64,000 nucleotides of DNA from Octopus sinensis. Taxonomy: Eukaryota. The stretch is from the NCBI RefSeq assembly GCF_006345805.1, contig NC_043004.1, positions 28,334,001-28,398,000 on the forward strand. The letters run 5' to 3'. A program made the position numbers and the translations under genes. Of the stretch, positions 14,601 to 26,590 are shown in pieces. The number at the start of each line of letters is the position of its first letter. Position 1 is the first letter of the stretch. Under the pieces are notes generated by a model. It was not told the origin of the DNA. It did no database searches and worked only from the letters and a program-made list of their open reading frames with translations.

Positions 14601-14605
<5 letters not shown>

Positions 14606-14818
14606 GTAATCCAAACAAGAGGGCACAAAAAAAACACAACAACGCGAGGACGTGGAACAAATATAATATTATTGGACGTTCAGGAAAGAAAGAAAGAAGG
14701 ACGGTTTAACGTTTCGAGTGGAGCTCTTCGTCGGAAACATAGGAGAAGGAAAGATCCAGAGAAGGGAAGACAGAGGGAAAAAATCGCTAACGGTACATAC
14801 GAGGTCACATTTTGAAAG
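14601..14818 (-). mobile_element. Short (TA)n-flanked repeat carrying a hammerhead-like motif (probable PLE-derived)
   Basis: Minus strand 14738-14704 reads GTTT-CCGACGA-A-GAG-ctcca-CTC-GAAA-C-GTT-AAAC. Confidence 0.55.
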
Positions 14819-14854
<36 letters not shown>

Positions 14855-14859
14855 TACAT

Positions 14860-14918
<59 letters not shown>

Positions 14919-14921
<3 letters not shown>

Positions 14922-15085
14922 AGAGTTTACGGAAAAAAACAAAAGACGAAGACGGGTGGTGTACAAAACAAACAGATGTATTAGTATAACGCACAGGAAT
15001 AGAAAAAGTATTTTACGTTTCGAGCCTACGCTCTTCTACAGAAAGGGACACAAAAAACAAGGAGAGAAAAAAATATGTAGTACGC
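14919..15085 (-). mobile_element. Short (TA)n-flanked repeat with hammerhead-like motif, copy 1
   Basis: A second copy lies inverted at 28505-28675. Motif TTT-CTGTAGA-A-GAGC-gtag-GCTC-GAAA-C-GTA-AAA at 15044-15011. Confidence 0.7.
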
Positions 15086-16117
15086 TTGCGCACACGCACA
15101 CATACATGGCAATGTAGAAAGACTGTCATTATGGATACGGACTTGATCTGTATGCTGCAGGATATATATTTGTATATTTAATTAAATGAATTGTAACATG
15201 AAGTTAATTTTAAACATCTCTCCATATCAATTTATGGTTCCAGTGTATGTACATATATATGTACGTGTGTATATGAATATATATATATATATATATGAAT
15301 ATATATATAGGGCTGGCGTGTGCGTAAATATGCATATGTATTTAAACACACACTTATACACACGCACACACAAATATTGTGATTATATGTATAAATTTAT
15401 GCATATAGATTATATGCAATCTTTATCTATCTATGCATACATACATACGTATGAATGTATTTTTACATACATATATACAAATATTTATACATACATAAAT
15501 ACAAATATACATACATATACCTGAACACACACTCTTACACACATATTTGTGTGAGCGTGCATGTATGTGTTTCTGTGTGGTTATATTTCTCTCAATTGGA
15601 CGTGAGTAAGAATTTAACAAGTTAAGAAATCTAACATGGTTTATATAAAAGATGTTCGGAGTAATTAATTAATAAACTGCCAGTTTAACAAAAGATTTTA
15701 TATTTATTTTTAATTTTACCACATTAAGTAAACAGTTTCTTATGTTTTTATTTAGCTTTCTTTTGTTCATTTACTTATTTATTCCAGTTTTTGCGGTTTG
15801 GGGCGATGTAAATTTTCACTTTCTGTTAACATGAAACAAGATTTTCTTTCTTCTGGAGAGTGAAATTGGGAATTGGGGTCAATGATAGGAATGTAGACAT
15901 TTTAATGGTTATGTATAATCTTTATGAAATTCAATAAAACGGAACTTGTTAATCGAAACTGAACTAATTAGTTAGGCTTTGCACTATCATTTCCACTCAG
16001 TCATTCTCTGTGTAATTTTGGTGTGGTTTCTTAGAGAAAACACAAGGGAATTCTTCAATTGACACGATTTAAATTCCACTGTTTGTGGCTTTTGCTGTTT
16101 CTGTGGTAAAACTAATA

Positions 16118-16385
16118 CTTTTGTTGTTGTTGTTGCTGTTGCTGTTGAGTGAACGGTCTTCGTCCCAGAGCTCGCAAGATGGGAGAAGTCCGAAACGTGG
16201 TCCTTTGCTATTCGTAAGACCCGCAGAAGAGAAAGCAGGTCAACCCCCGACACCGAGAGCATCGACGGATGGGTGAATGTGCATCCAGGCTCAGCAGTTG
16301 CGTAGGAAGTCGGGGACAAGAAACGGGAAGAAAGAGTGAGAGAAAGTTGGGGCGAAAGAGTACAACAGGTGTCGCCACCATCTCC
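16118..16385 (-). mobile_element. 5'-truncated group A SINE relative with a different 3' tail ending in (CAA)n
   Basis: 16385-16322 matches the group A body (GATGGTGGCGACACCTGTTGTACTCTTTCGCCCCAACTTTCTCTCACTCTT), then an unrelated ~170-bp tail and a CAA-rich end. Confidence 0.75.
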
Positions 16386-16505
16386 TGATTATTCACTTAT
16401 CGATGTCTTTAAAATACTTGGTAGCACATTATCAATCAGAATACTTGTGTCTATGCAAGGGCGTTAGTGAGTTTGTAGGTCTATCTGTACGTATATATAT
16501 ATATG

Positions 16506-16572
<67 letters not shown>

Positions 16573-18519
16573 TGTCTGTGCTAACGTATTATATTATGGA
16601 CATTGCATACTTTTAGAAATATAGTATGTTTGGTGAAACTGTAGGGGAGAGATGCGTTTAGGACTGAATTTTCGTAGTGTAAGAGGGAAAAAAAACTAAA
16701 TTCTATCCTTCGGGGAGGTTTTTCCTTTACAGAAATCTCATGTTTAATATGTAGCTGCAAATAGTGAGAACGCTGGTGCTAAAGTAACAGCAAAGGATAA
16801 GAAAATGGTTGATACTGGATTGAGAGACGTTTGATGGTGAGCTATTTCTGAATTGACAATTCTTTAAGAATTGACAATACTGTGATTAATCTCGGTGTTT
16901 GTCGGCATGACAATGCAGTAGAAATATTTATTTACGAAGCAATAATATTGACATTGTGTCGCTCCAAGTTCGCATGTCGTTGTGTAATAAATAGAGAATA
17001 AGACCTACATATCGATTTCTGTTTGTTACTCAATTAAAGTAACTGGTAAAACAGTTTGCTTTGCTTTTGATTTGGACTTTTAGGTTCGATGTAGCCTTTT
17101 CTTTTTTCTGAAAATGATTATTGAATATCAATATGATATATTATCTTGTTTTATTTTTTTCCTTTTATAGTATGAGATAAACGAAAATAAAATTTCTGCT
17201 TGATAGATAGCTAAAATACATAGAGTTTGTAAGTCGATCGATTAACTTAAACAATACAGTGAGGGAGAGGACAAGGATTCTAACCTTGTCATTAACAGGT
17301 GATTGTTTCCATACCACAAACAATGGAATCCCAAATACTCAGTCTAAAGCTTGATGAGTTGGAGAGTTCGGTGAGGGTATTTATTGCAGGAAACATTGAC
17401 AGTGCTGTGAAATTGGCGAGTATTTCGTTCATCTGCTCTACTGATTGTCCGCTTGAGCCTACTTTCAATTCTGTCATAATCATTTCCCCAGGATAATGTG
17501 GAATTAATAAAAAGATAGGAAACTGTAGAAGTGAAAAAATCAGTTACAAAGAACAAAGTATATAAAACACAAGACTGTTTGACATTCATCAATTTATCGT
17601 GCTTATTTTACTTCGGTGATGGACATCTGGTCAAGAAACGATATTTACTAGAAATAGTCACTGAGAAATTACATTTACATATTACGTACAAATATGATCT
17701 ACAGAACCAGTCTATAATGGATAAGCAGACAGTCATTGTGAAATAAAGCAAAAGAGTTTTTGAAGCATATTTTCTTTCTTACAGTCGTTCAGAGGTAATG
17801 TGGTAACGCGTGGCGTCTAATAATTAATCGGTTTACAATCATAAACTGTTTAAAGCTTCACGTATGAAAAACAATGCTTTTTAAAAATTCTATTTGCAAC
17901 ACGACTGAAATAATTCACACCAAATGTATCAGATGTCATTTTGTTTTCTCTAAGCAATCTCAGTCCTGAGATTCTTCAGAGTTGAAGAGGTAATGTATTG
18001 TGAAGTCGCTCCGTCTCTCGATTAAACAACTATGGAAAGATTTCCTATGAGAAAAATCAAAAAACGTGCGTCTGTTATTACAACTCGAACAAACATATAG
18101 ATACGTGCTTGATGGTAAATTAGGGTATCTTTTATTCGAGTCATAAAAATGACAAGTAAACAAACACTCCTCCCCCATCAAAATAAAAAACAAAAAAACA
18201 TGAAACGAAATTCTTGTATAAATAGCATTTCCCAAAACATCAGAATTTCAAATCCCCTTTTGGTCTTTTGTAGATCTCAAAACAATGAACCAGATTTACC
18301 ATTGAGGATTTGTGTCTTGTCAAAAGAAACTAATATTTGAATAGAGCTGTAAGTAGTTAAAGGTGTTCTCACATTAATTGTCAATTAAATTTTCAGTGTT
18401 GATTAATAAACTATTTCTTTATGCCCGTTATCAGTAAAATAATTTAATATCAATTGCCCGGTGAGTGATGGTTATATTTCTGCCTGACTACCTATAACCA
18501 GCTCATTAATCAAAGGCTG

Positions 18520-18907
18520 GTGGAAGCGCAATGGCCCAGTGGTTAGGGCAGCGGATTCGCGATCATAGGATCGCGGTTTCAATTCCCAGACCGGGCGTTG
18601 TGAGTGTTTATTGAGCGAAAACACCTAAAGCTCCACGTGGCTCCGGCAGGGGATGGTGGTGATCCCTGCTGTACTCTTTCACTACAACTTTCTCTCACTC
18701 TTACTTCCTGTTTCTGTTGTACCTGTATTTCAAAGGGCCGGCATTGTCACTCTCTGTGTCACGCTGAATATCCCCGAGAACTACGTTAAGGGTACACCTG
18801 TCTGTGGGGTGCTCAGCCACTTACACGTCCATTTCACGAGCAGGCTGTTCCGTTGATTCGGATCAACCGAACCCTCATCGTCGTAACCGACGGAGTGCTT
18901 CCAAAAA
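18520..18907 (+). mobile_element. Full-length tRNA-derived SINE, group A
   Basis: A and B boxes, short A tail, and an exact 12-bp TSD AATCAAAGGCTG at 18508-18519 and 18908-18919. Confidence 0.95.
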
Positions 18908-21900
18908 AATCAAAGGCTGACATGATTAAATCGATTAAAACCAAGAACTTGTGATGTTCATGCCTTTTACAGATTTCTTGTGACGCGGATTGAGCAAAAT
19001 GGTGACGGCCGGGAATTAAAACCGTGTCTTAATTTTGGCTGATTTATTCTGCGGAATCTGCTCTAGCTAATTAGGTCATGGTTCCGCAAATTTACCTTAA
19101 CAGTTTATGAAGATAAACTTCTGTAAATTGAATTACTTTAGCATGGAATAACAATGATTAGGAAGTTCGTTATTGAAAAGGATTTGAGCAAGCATTAATC
19201 TACTAGAAGTCACATTCAAATCAACCTGAAATGATGCTATGCCATCTTCAAAATAGAACTCACTGTATAATGTAGTTCTAGACATGCACAGCCTATGAAA
19301 TATAATTGGCCGGAGGAAAAGCTATACGATATTGTATCAATAGAATTAGCTAGTGTATTGGCGACACCGCTTCATGTCAGTATAAATGAAGAAAAAAATA
19401 GTTTTCATTTTTTCTGTTTTTGTTTTTTTTCATAATTTTGTCGACACTAGATAGATTCTCTCACTTTGAAGGGCAGCGTTGAATTGTTTCCTCTCTTGTT
19501 AATAACCACTGAGAGACATGCTCAACAGAAATACCAATATAATGTTGCAAAAACATTATGGTGGCCGTAAAACTGATTCAATCTTAGTTTTGCGTCAGAC
19601 ATAATTTTTATATGCCACACTTTGCTAAAGTAAAACCAAGTAACAAGCTTTAATTTGTAGTTACTCTCTTTGGTAGCATCGCTTTAACCGAAGGAGTACT
19701 GAGGTACAAAAGAAGCAGGGCCAAGAAATAACAAAAGCTATCAGAAAAGATGGAAAATAATAAATGAGAAAAGAAAATTGTTACAGGAAAGAATGTTGAC
19801 CTTAGAAACAATGTAGGATTAAAATAACAAGCCTTAAGCTTATCTTGAGTGCTCAATTCTGCTGGAAACATAGAATGATTTTGGTCCATAGAGTTGAATT
19901 GATGATAATTAACGTCATATTCTTCTCACTGGTTTCTGCTAATATTTAGGCCATCAGAAAAAAAACATGAAATCTTAAGATTAAAACTATCATTTTAAAT
20001 CGTAAATCTGCAGGTAAGCAGAGTTTTCACATCAATACTTTATTTTTACACAGATTGCAGCCATTTCTTATAACCAATTCGATCGCCGAGATATCTCTGA
20101 ACACTGCTAGTATATTGCATATTGAAAGTAAACAAGTAAACACTTGATTTGTTTCTCGTTACCATCCTCAAGTTCATAGCAATAGTTGGCGTTAGCAATG
20201 ACCTATATTTTTGTCTTTCTTATAAAAATGAGGCGTTCTACTTATTAGATTTATAATATAGTTATTGTTTGCAGTACTAAATTATATTGTTTATAATTAA
20301 CTATGTTCGTATTGAATCATGGACCCTTGCCGAAACATGACCTTTTCAATCAGCTGCATCCAAAGGGTTAATTTTTACATGCAATTATTAATAGCTTTAT
20401 CTACTTCGATTTCAACAGTTAAAAACAATTATTTTATGTTTTCTCGAAGTTTCTAAATTTTTTAGGCACTCCTTATGTTTTCTTTATAACGACAATATAT
20501 ATTTTGTATAATAACGTTATATCTATAAAGCAATTTACGCACATTTGCTTATTTGAACGAAACACTAGCGTGGCCATACGTTTGTGCTGTTTGTAGTCTT
20601 GGATCAGAACAGCTTCTTTATTTTTAAATCTCCAAGATCATATCCAAAGTAGTTGATCTAAGTAGACCTTCCCCGCTTTACCAATACAATAATGAGCTCA
20701 CCAGCAAGCTGTTTCACTGCCATCTTTTCTACAACTCCTCTAAACTACTACCAGTATACTTACAACCGAAACATCCCGTTTCCTCCTGTCATCTCGACTG
20801 CTCACATGCTTCTTAAACAACTCATCCCAAACAGTCTGGAACTTTATCCCCGACTGTTTCCCCACTGATATCAACCCTCAACATTTAATCTGAACATTAG
20901 TCACATCGACGTCACAGTCTGGTATGGAATGTGGAAAGTGTTATTAGTACTGCCCATCATATCTCAACTAAAATGTCCGTCATCAGCAAATCTTGTTCAT
21001 TGTTTGAGTCTATGAAAGAAACAATTACTATGTGTCCAAGGGATCTCTTGTTTCCCTCTGTAAAACTCTCACACACGTGAGCCTACAAAACACGATTCTT
21101 AGTCTCGAAAAACAGTTATAGAAGATTCTTCAAATACCTCTAGTTCTTAACGTCTATGATCAAAGAATGAACGTTCTTTAATCTCAGTTCGTCGTTTTCT
21201 TCTAAACCGGAGCCCTTGCATCTATGTAAAAATATATTTATGAACAATTATTATTGCTGAGAGGTTTTATGACAGATTTGGTTATTGAATATTTCGGCTC
21301 AGGCTGCAATTTCGAATTATTGCTAGTGTCATGGAACTTCACAATTATAGAAACATAATATTGCATTACACTTTTCTTTAGATATATTGCCAATGGTTTA
21401 CTTTAACTGCGTGTCTTATCAATATTTCCAATCTTCTAAAAGGCAATGTAGTGTCGAATAAAGGGTGAACTGTTGTATTGAATACTTCGTGCTATTTAAT
21501 CATGTCCAAATCTCACTGAGGTTGACTTTGTGTTTCAGCTTCCACGGCCGATGAAATAGAGTACAAGTCAAAGACCACTCGACTGAGTGTTTCTTACACT
21601 AAAAGCGATGCAGTTGTATCAGGCTTTGAATCGATATTTAGTTATATCGCTGAGTCCAAATCCTGCTTGGCTTTGCCTTTCAATCGACACTAGGTCCTTA
21701 CAAGTTCTGCGGCCTTTTGGATATCGTTTTTGTCAAAATCATGACAGCTGTATAGTGAGAAAAATAGTAGGATATTTTACACGTAGCATGAAGGTGTGCT
21801 AAGCATAGCTGAGTGGTTAACCAGCTGATATCACAGTTTATGGATGCGATCGCACTGCGCAATAACTTGAGCAAATCTCTTCTTTGAGTCAACCTATATT

Positions 21901-22126
21901 TTCTACAAACATTGTGAAGAGAAGTCCATGGGTGGAATAGCTTTTGTTCTTGGATGATGAAGGAGTTAACGGTGTTACCCCGTTTAACCACTTCGCCAGT
22001 TTATTCGAAGCCTTTAACAGAGAGCATTCTGTTGCGAGTATTCGAAGAAACATTTAGGATAACTTACCACTTTACCCCTGTAGTCATGGAGACCTAACAG
22101 ATCATTAAATAATAATAATAATAATG

Positions 22127-22159
<33 letters not shown>

Positions 22160-22164
22160 TAATA

Positions 22165-22210
<46 letters not shown>

Positions 22211-22213
<3 letters not shown>

Positions 22214-22375
22214 TGCACTACTAGGCAGAAAATTGCACTACTAGGCACTGCACACATCCTACGCAGAACACTTTCCATACAATAACCATCAGAGCATCAC
22301 AACAAATCACAGCACATACCCAAGGCACACAGAGCTGCGCTCGGTAGTGAAGTGAAAGCACGCTATAAAAATTAC
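22211..22375 (+). mobile_element. Very short 3' fragment of an R4/Dong LINE within (AAT)n
   Basis: Nearly identical to 63900-64000 (IALLGTAHILRRTLSIQ* plus 3' UTR); (AAT)n on both sides; 17-bp duplication AATTGCACTACTAGGCA at 22211 and 22231. Confidence 0.9.
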
Positions 22376-22445
<70 letters not shown>

Positions 22446-23203
22446 TCATCGGCACAAGACCAAAGCTTGCTTACCAAAAACTACCAATCTAATGTTCTTC
22501 AAAACGGTTCTGAGCAGATTCTGAGATACATTTGATGAAACAATAGAGCATCTTGTCTCGGGATGTCCAGTGCTGACATCAAGGGAATACAAAAATCGCC
22601 ACGATAGGGTAAGACAGTATTTACTTTGGAAGATATGTAAACACTACAAAATCAACACTCCTGCTTACTGGTATGAACATCATCCTGAGTCAGTCGTTTA
22701 AGGTAAAAATGTCACTATCCTCTGGGATTTTCCAATCTACACCGCCAGACCGATCCGACTAATTAACCAGACATACTCATTAGAGACAGGGAAGAAAATA
22801 CTTGTGGACTAATAGATGAAAATATTCCCACTGATAAAAATAGATCTATAAAGGAATTTGACAAATTAAGTAAATATAAAGACCCGGAAATTGAAATACA
22901 AAGGATGTGGCATCTTAGATCCCTAGGTATGATAATGGATATCAAATACATGTAAATAATATCCCAGGAGAACCATGTCTCAGGGAAATCCAGAAGATTG
23001 TGCTCACAAATACTGCCCACATCGTTTGAAAAACCCTATCAATTTAAATGTCTGTGTTGTATTACATGAAAATATTCCACTACTGCCCCTGCCAATTTTC
23101 CTCCCCTAGCTTCCAGGCATACTGTAACAGCCCTTATCCTTCACTCGCCCTAGGACGCTGGGTGTGTTCCGGAAACTGATTATAACCAACATGCAGATTA
23201 AAA

Positions 23204-23205
<2 letters not shown>
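22446..23205 (+). mobile_element. 5'-truncated R4/Dong-type RLE LINE within (AAT)n
   Basis: Reads AQDQSLLTKNYQ...DETIEHLVSGCPVLTSREYKNRHDRV...WYEHHPE...VTILWDFPI...PDILIRDREENTCGLID...KLSKYKDPEIEIQRMWHL; (AAT)n on both sides. Confidence 0.92.
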
Positions 23206-23263
<58 letters not shown>

Positions 23264-23274
23264 AATAATTTATA

Positions 23275-23479
23275 CTAAAGGCAACAAGGCCTGAAATTTA
23301 GGGAAGGGTTTAGTTGATCACATCGACCCCAGTACTCAACTTATACTTATTTTATTGACTACCAAAGGATGAAAGGCAAAGTCGACCTCGGCGGAATTTG
23401 AACTCAGAACGTAAAGACGGACGAAATGCCGCTAAGCATTTCACCCGGCGTGCTAACGATGCTGCCAGCTTGCCGCCTT
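23275..23479 (-). mobile_element. tRNA-derived SINE, group B (central domain GGTCGACTTTGCCTTTCATCC, Meta-domain-like)
   Basis: A-box-like TGGCAGCATCG, B box GAGTTCAAATTCC; related copies at 31731-31944 (-) and 55152-55362 (+). The Meta-domain similarity is from recollection, not an alignment. Confidence 0.8.
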
Positions 23480-23871
23480 AACAGCAACAACAACAGCAAA
23501 ACCAAAAACAAAAACAACAACAACAACAACAACAGAATTGCACCTCTTCTAAGTTTTGTTGTTTTTGTTCCCATGGGTTCAAATCTGGCCTCAAGACTCA
23601 CAACATATCGTATCACATTCGAGCTTGATACGATAGTACCAGACATCTGCTGAGGATTCAAATCCAAATACCTACCTGAGAATTTATGGCACACTGCCAA
23701 TATTAAAAATCAATACTTACAATTTTCAGACGGTGACCGAATTACAGTGTTGCAGAAAATGCGAATGTACGTGTGACAGAGTGTGTTTGCGAATGTCTAC
23801 ATGTGGGACTATAATGCATGCTATATATACATACATATTTATATATGTATGTATGTATGTATGCATGTATG

Positions 23872-23903
<32 letters not shown>

Positions 23904-26170
23904 TGTATGTATGTATGTATGTATGTATGTATGTATGTATGTATATGTATGTATGTATATATGTATGTATGTATGTATGTATTTATGTATATGTACGTAT
24001 GCATAGAAGGCATCAAGATATATTTCTCTATATGCATACATTACATGCAAATACAATAAGTCAGTATACGTGAATGTTCATATATGGATTTACATAGATA
24101 TATGTGCATATAAACGTATGTTTAATTATCTCTAAATTTCAATTACAGGTGCACACACAAACACATAAACGCTCGCAGACACACACACACACACATATAT
24201 TTATATACATACACACGCACATATATATATATATATACAGATGTATGAATGTATGTATGTATGGATGGATGGTTGTATGAATGTGTGTGTGTGTGTGTGT
24301 GTATGTGTTTGTGTGTCTGTCTGTATATGTATATATATACTGTATATGTATATGTATATATATTTATATACATACACACGCATATATATATACAGACGTA
24401 TGAATGTATGTATGTATGGATGGATGGTTGTATGTGTGTGTGTGCGTTTATATGTGTGTGTGTTGTCTGTATATGTATATATATACTTTATTTAAAGCAG
24501 CAGAAAATTAAATAAAGCATATTACTCTACCACTGGTATTTGAGTACTCTTTACCACCTCGTTTCACATTTATGTGTTTACTCCTATGTATATATATACA
24601 CATACATATGCATGTACGTATATGGTATTATTAAATTATATCTACACACAACACACACGCACATGCATACAAACACACACACACATACACTCACACAATC
24701 ACATACATATTCACAGAGCTATCTTTTAGCTTGCTTTACACCGACTGAAGAACTAGTTATCCACCAATCACAGACCAACACGATCGTAATAATAATCGCC
24801 ATCACAACTACCTACCTACCTACCTACCAAACCAAACCAAACCAAACCAAACCAACCTATCTATCAATCACACACCACCACCACCAACCATCCTACCGAC
24901 CGACCGACCGACCATCAATCGACCTACCTACCTACCTACCTACCTACCTACCTACCTGTCTCCCTACCTATCTTCCCAAACCACCTTCCTTCATTCTCCC
25001 CCTCCCCACGACCACCACCTCTGCTTGTTAAACCGCCGTCAATCTGTCTCTTATGCAGCCGTACTCTTATGATGTAAACCAACTGCTGCTATTACTACTG
25101 CTTCTGCTGCTTCCCTTTACCACCACTACGACTACTGCTGCTGCAGAACACCGACTGGATGCGGTGGAAGGTTTTTTTTTTTTTGCTCTAATACCACTAC
25201 TACTACTAATACATTTACAAACAACAGATACTAGCAGTAGTAGTAGTAGTAGTAGTAGTGGTATCATGAGCCTTCCCCCACCGCCACCGCCATCAAAGTC
25301 AACATCGGCCTTCACCAAGCAGGCAGTCACAACGTTTCGTAACAGTCGTTATTACCTTACACACACCCTTCCCACCATTTCATTCTTGTAATCCCCCCCC
25401 CGTCTCTCGTCCCCCCCCTCTCTCTCACACACACATACACACGCACACACGCACACAAGCAAGCACACATACACGCACACACGCACGCACACACACACAC
25501 ACACACATGAGCACACACACACACACATACATCCTCTCTCTCACTCTCTCTCCCTTAGCCTCTCTAGCTTTCGCTCTCCCCGCTCTCCCTTCCTCTCGCT
25601 CATTCTCTCACACACTCTCTCCCCCATGCGTGCACGCACACACGCACTCCCACACAAACACACACATGAGCGCACACACACACACACATACACATGAGCG
25701 CACACACACTTCCTCTCTCTCTCTCATGCATACCTGTATATGTGTGTATTTATGTGCGTGTGTGCGTGATTACGTGCATGTGTGCTTTCGCGCGCGCGCT
25801 CCTATGTGTGTGTGTGTGCTTGCAGCCTTTAATGTTATCGTCTAGTGCTGTTTAACTCTTGTGTCAGTGTTGATCAAATAAACCTATGATGAAAGGTGCT
25901 CCAGCCACGACCATTCCATCTAATTTTCAAATGATGTCTGCTAGGATTTCTCATACCCTGGGAATTTGGCTATTTCTATCGGGTCGAAGTACGGCTTAGA
26001 GGCCTGTTTGCTTCACCGACGCATTTATGCTTCAACTCTCCACTAGGAAATATTTTATATACCACTGCATGAAGTATATTAGTATATGTGGTAGCCTTGA
26101 AGAAATAGACTGTACCACCTGGAATGGAGGTAGTATAACTGATGAGATGATAGGAATGGCTAGAATGAAA

Positions 26171-26590
26171 GGACCTTTTCGGTTTGAACGGCAGTTTTCA
26201 ACATAATTTCTAGGTAACTAAAATATTTTAAAATTCGTATACTGGTAGAATGTGTTTATAAAACGTCTTTTTCTCTTGGCTTTATTGAAAAAATTCTATA
26301 GTTTGTAAGATATTTGTTGTTTTTTTTTCTTCAATTTCTGCAATTTCAACCAATCAGTGACATCTATTGAGGTAAAAAACATTATGTACCGTATGAATAT
26401 GTCCCTCGTTTAAGAAACTGATTTTATACATTTGTGAAGAAAAAAGATACCCTTCCCCCACCCCTAACCCTAACTAACCCTAACCCTAAAACAGATTGAA
26501 ATGCAATAGCTCGATACAAGGGTCATAATTATGGGTGACAATTTCATATGACACCGCTAGAAAAAACTGCCGTTCAAACCGAAAAGATCC
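26171..26590. mobile_element. MITE with 28-bp TIRs and 8-bp TSD (Merlin-like)
   Basis: TIR GGA(C/T)CTTTTCGGTTTGAACGGCAGTTTT (26171-26198; 26563-26590, 1 mismatch); TSD GAATGAAA at 26163-26170 and 26591-26598. GG termini with an 8-bp TSD fit the Merlin superfamily. Confidence 0.85.

Noticed and set aside
16085-16276. Signal-peptide-like ORF MAFAVSVVKLILLLLLLLLLLSERSSSQ...
   Set aside because: The poly-Leu is the antisense of the (CAA)n tail of a SINE-like element.
17292-17496. Overlapping plus and minus ORFs, with a possible 72-nt plus-strand exon at 17299-17370
   Set aside because: No recognisable homology and short; splice-like signals of this quality are expected by chance.
25053-25391. 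ORFs with poly-L/T/S/P on both strands
   Set aside because: Trinucleotide-repeat-rich, UTR/promoter-like sequence with no recognisable domain or convincing splice signals.
26462-26489. True telomere or chromosome-fusion site
   Set aside because: Only ~4 imperfect units, located inside a TIR/TSD-bounded MITE.
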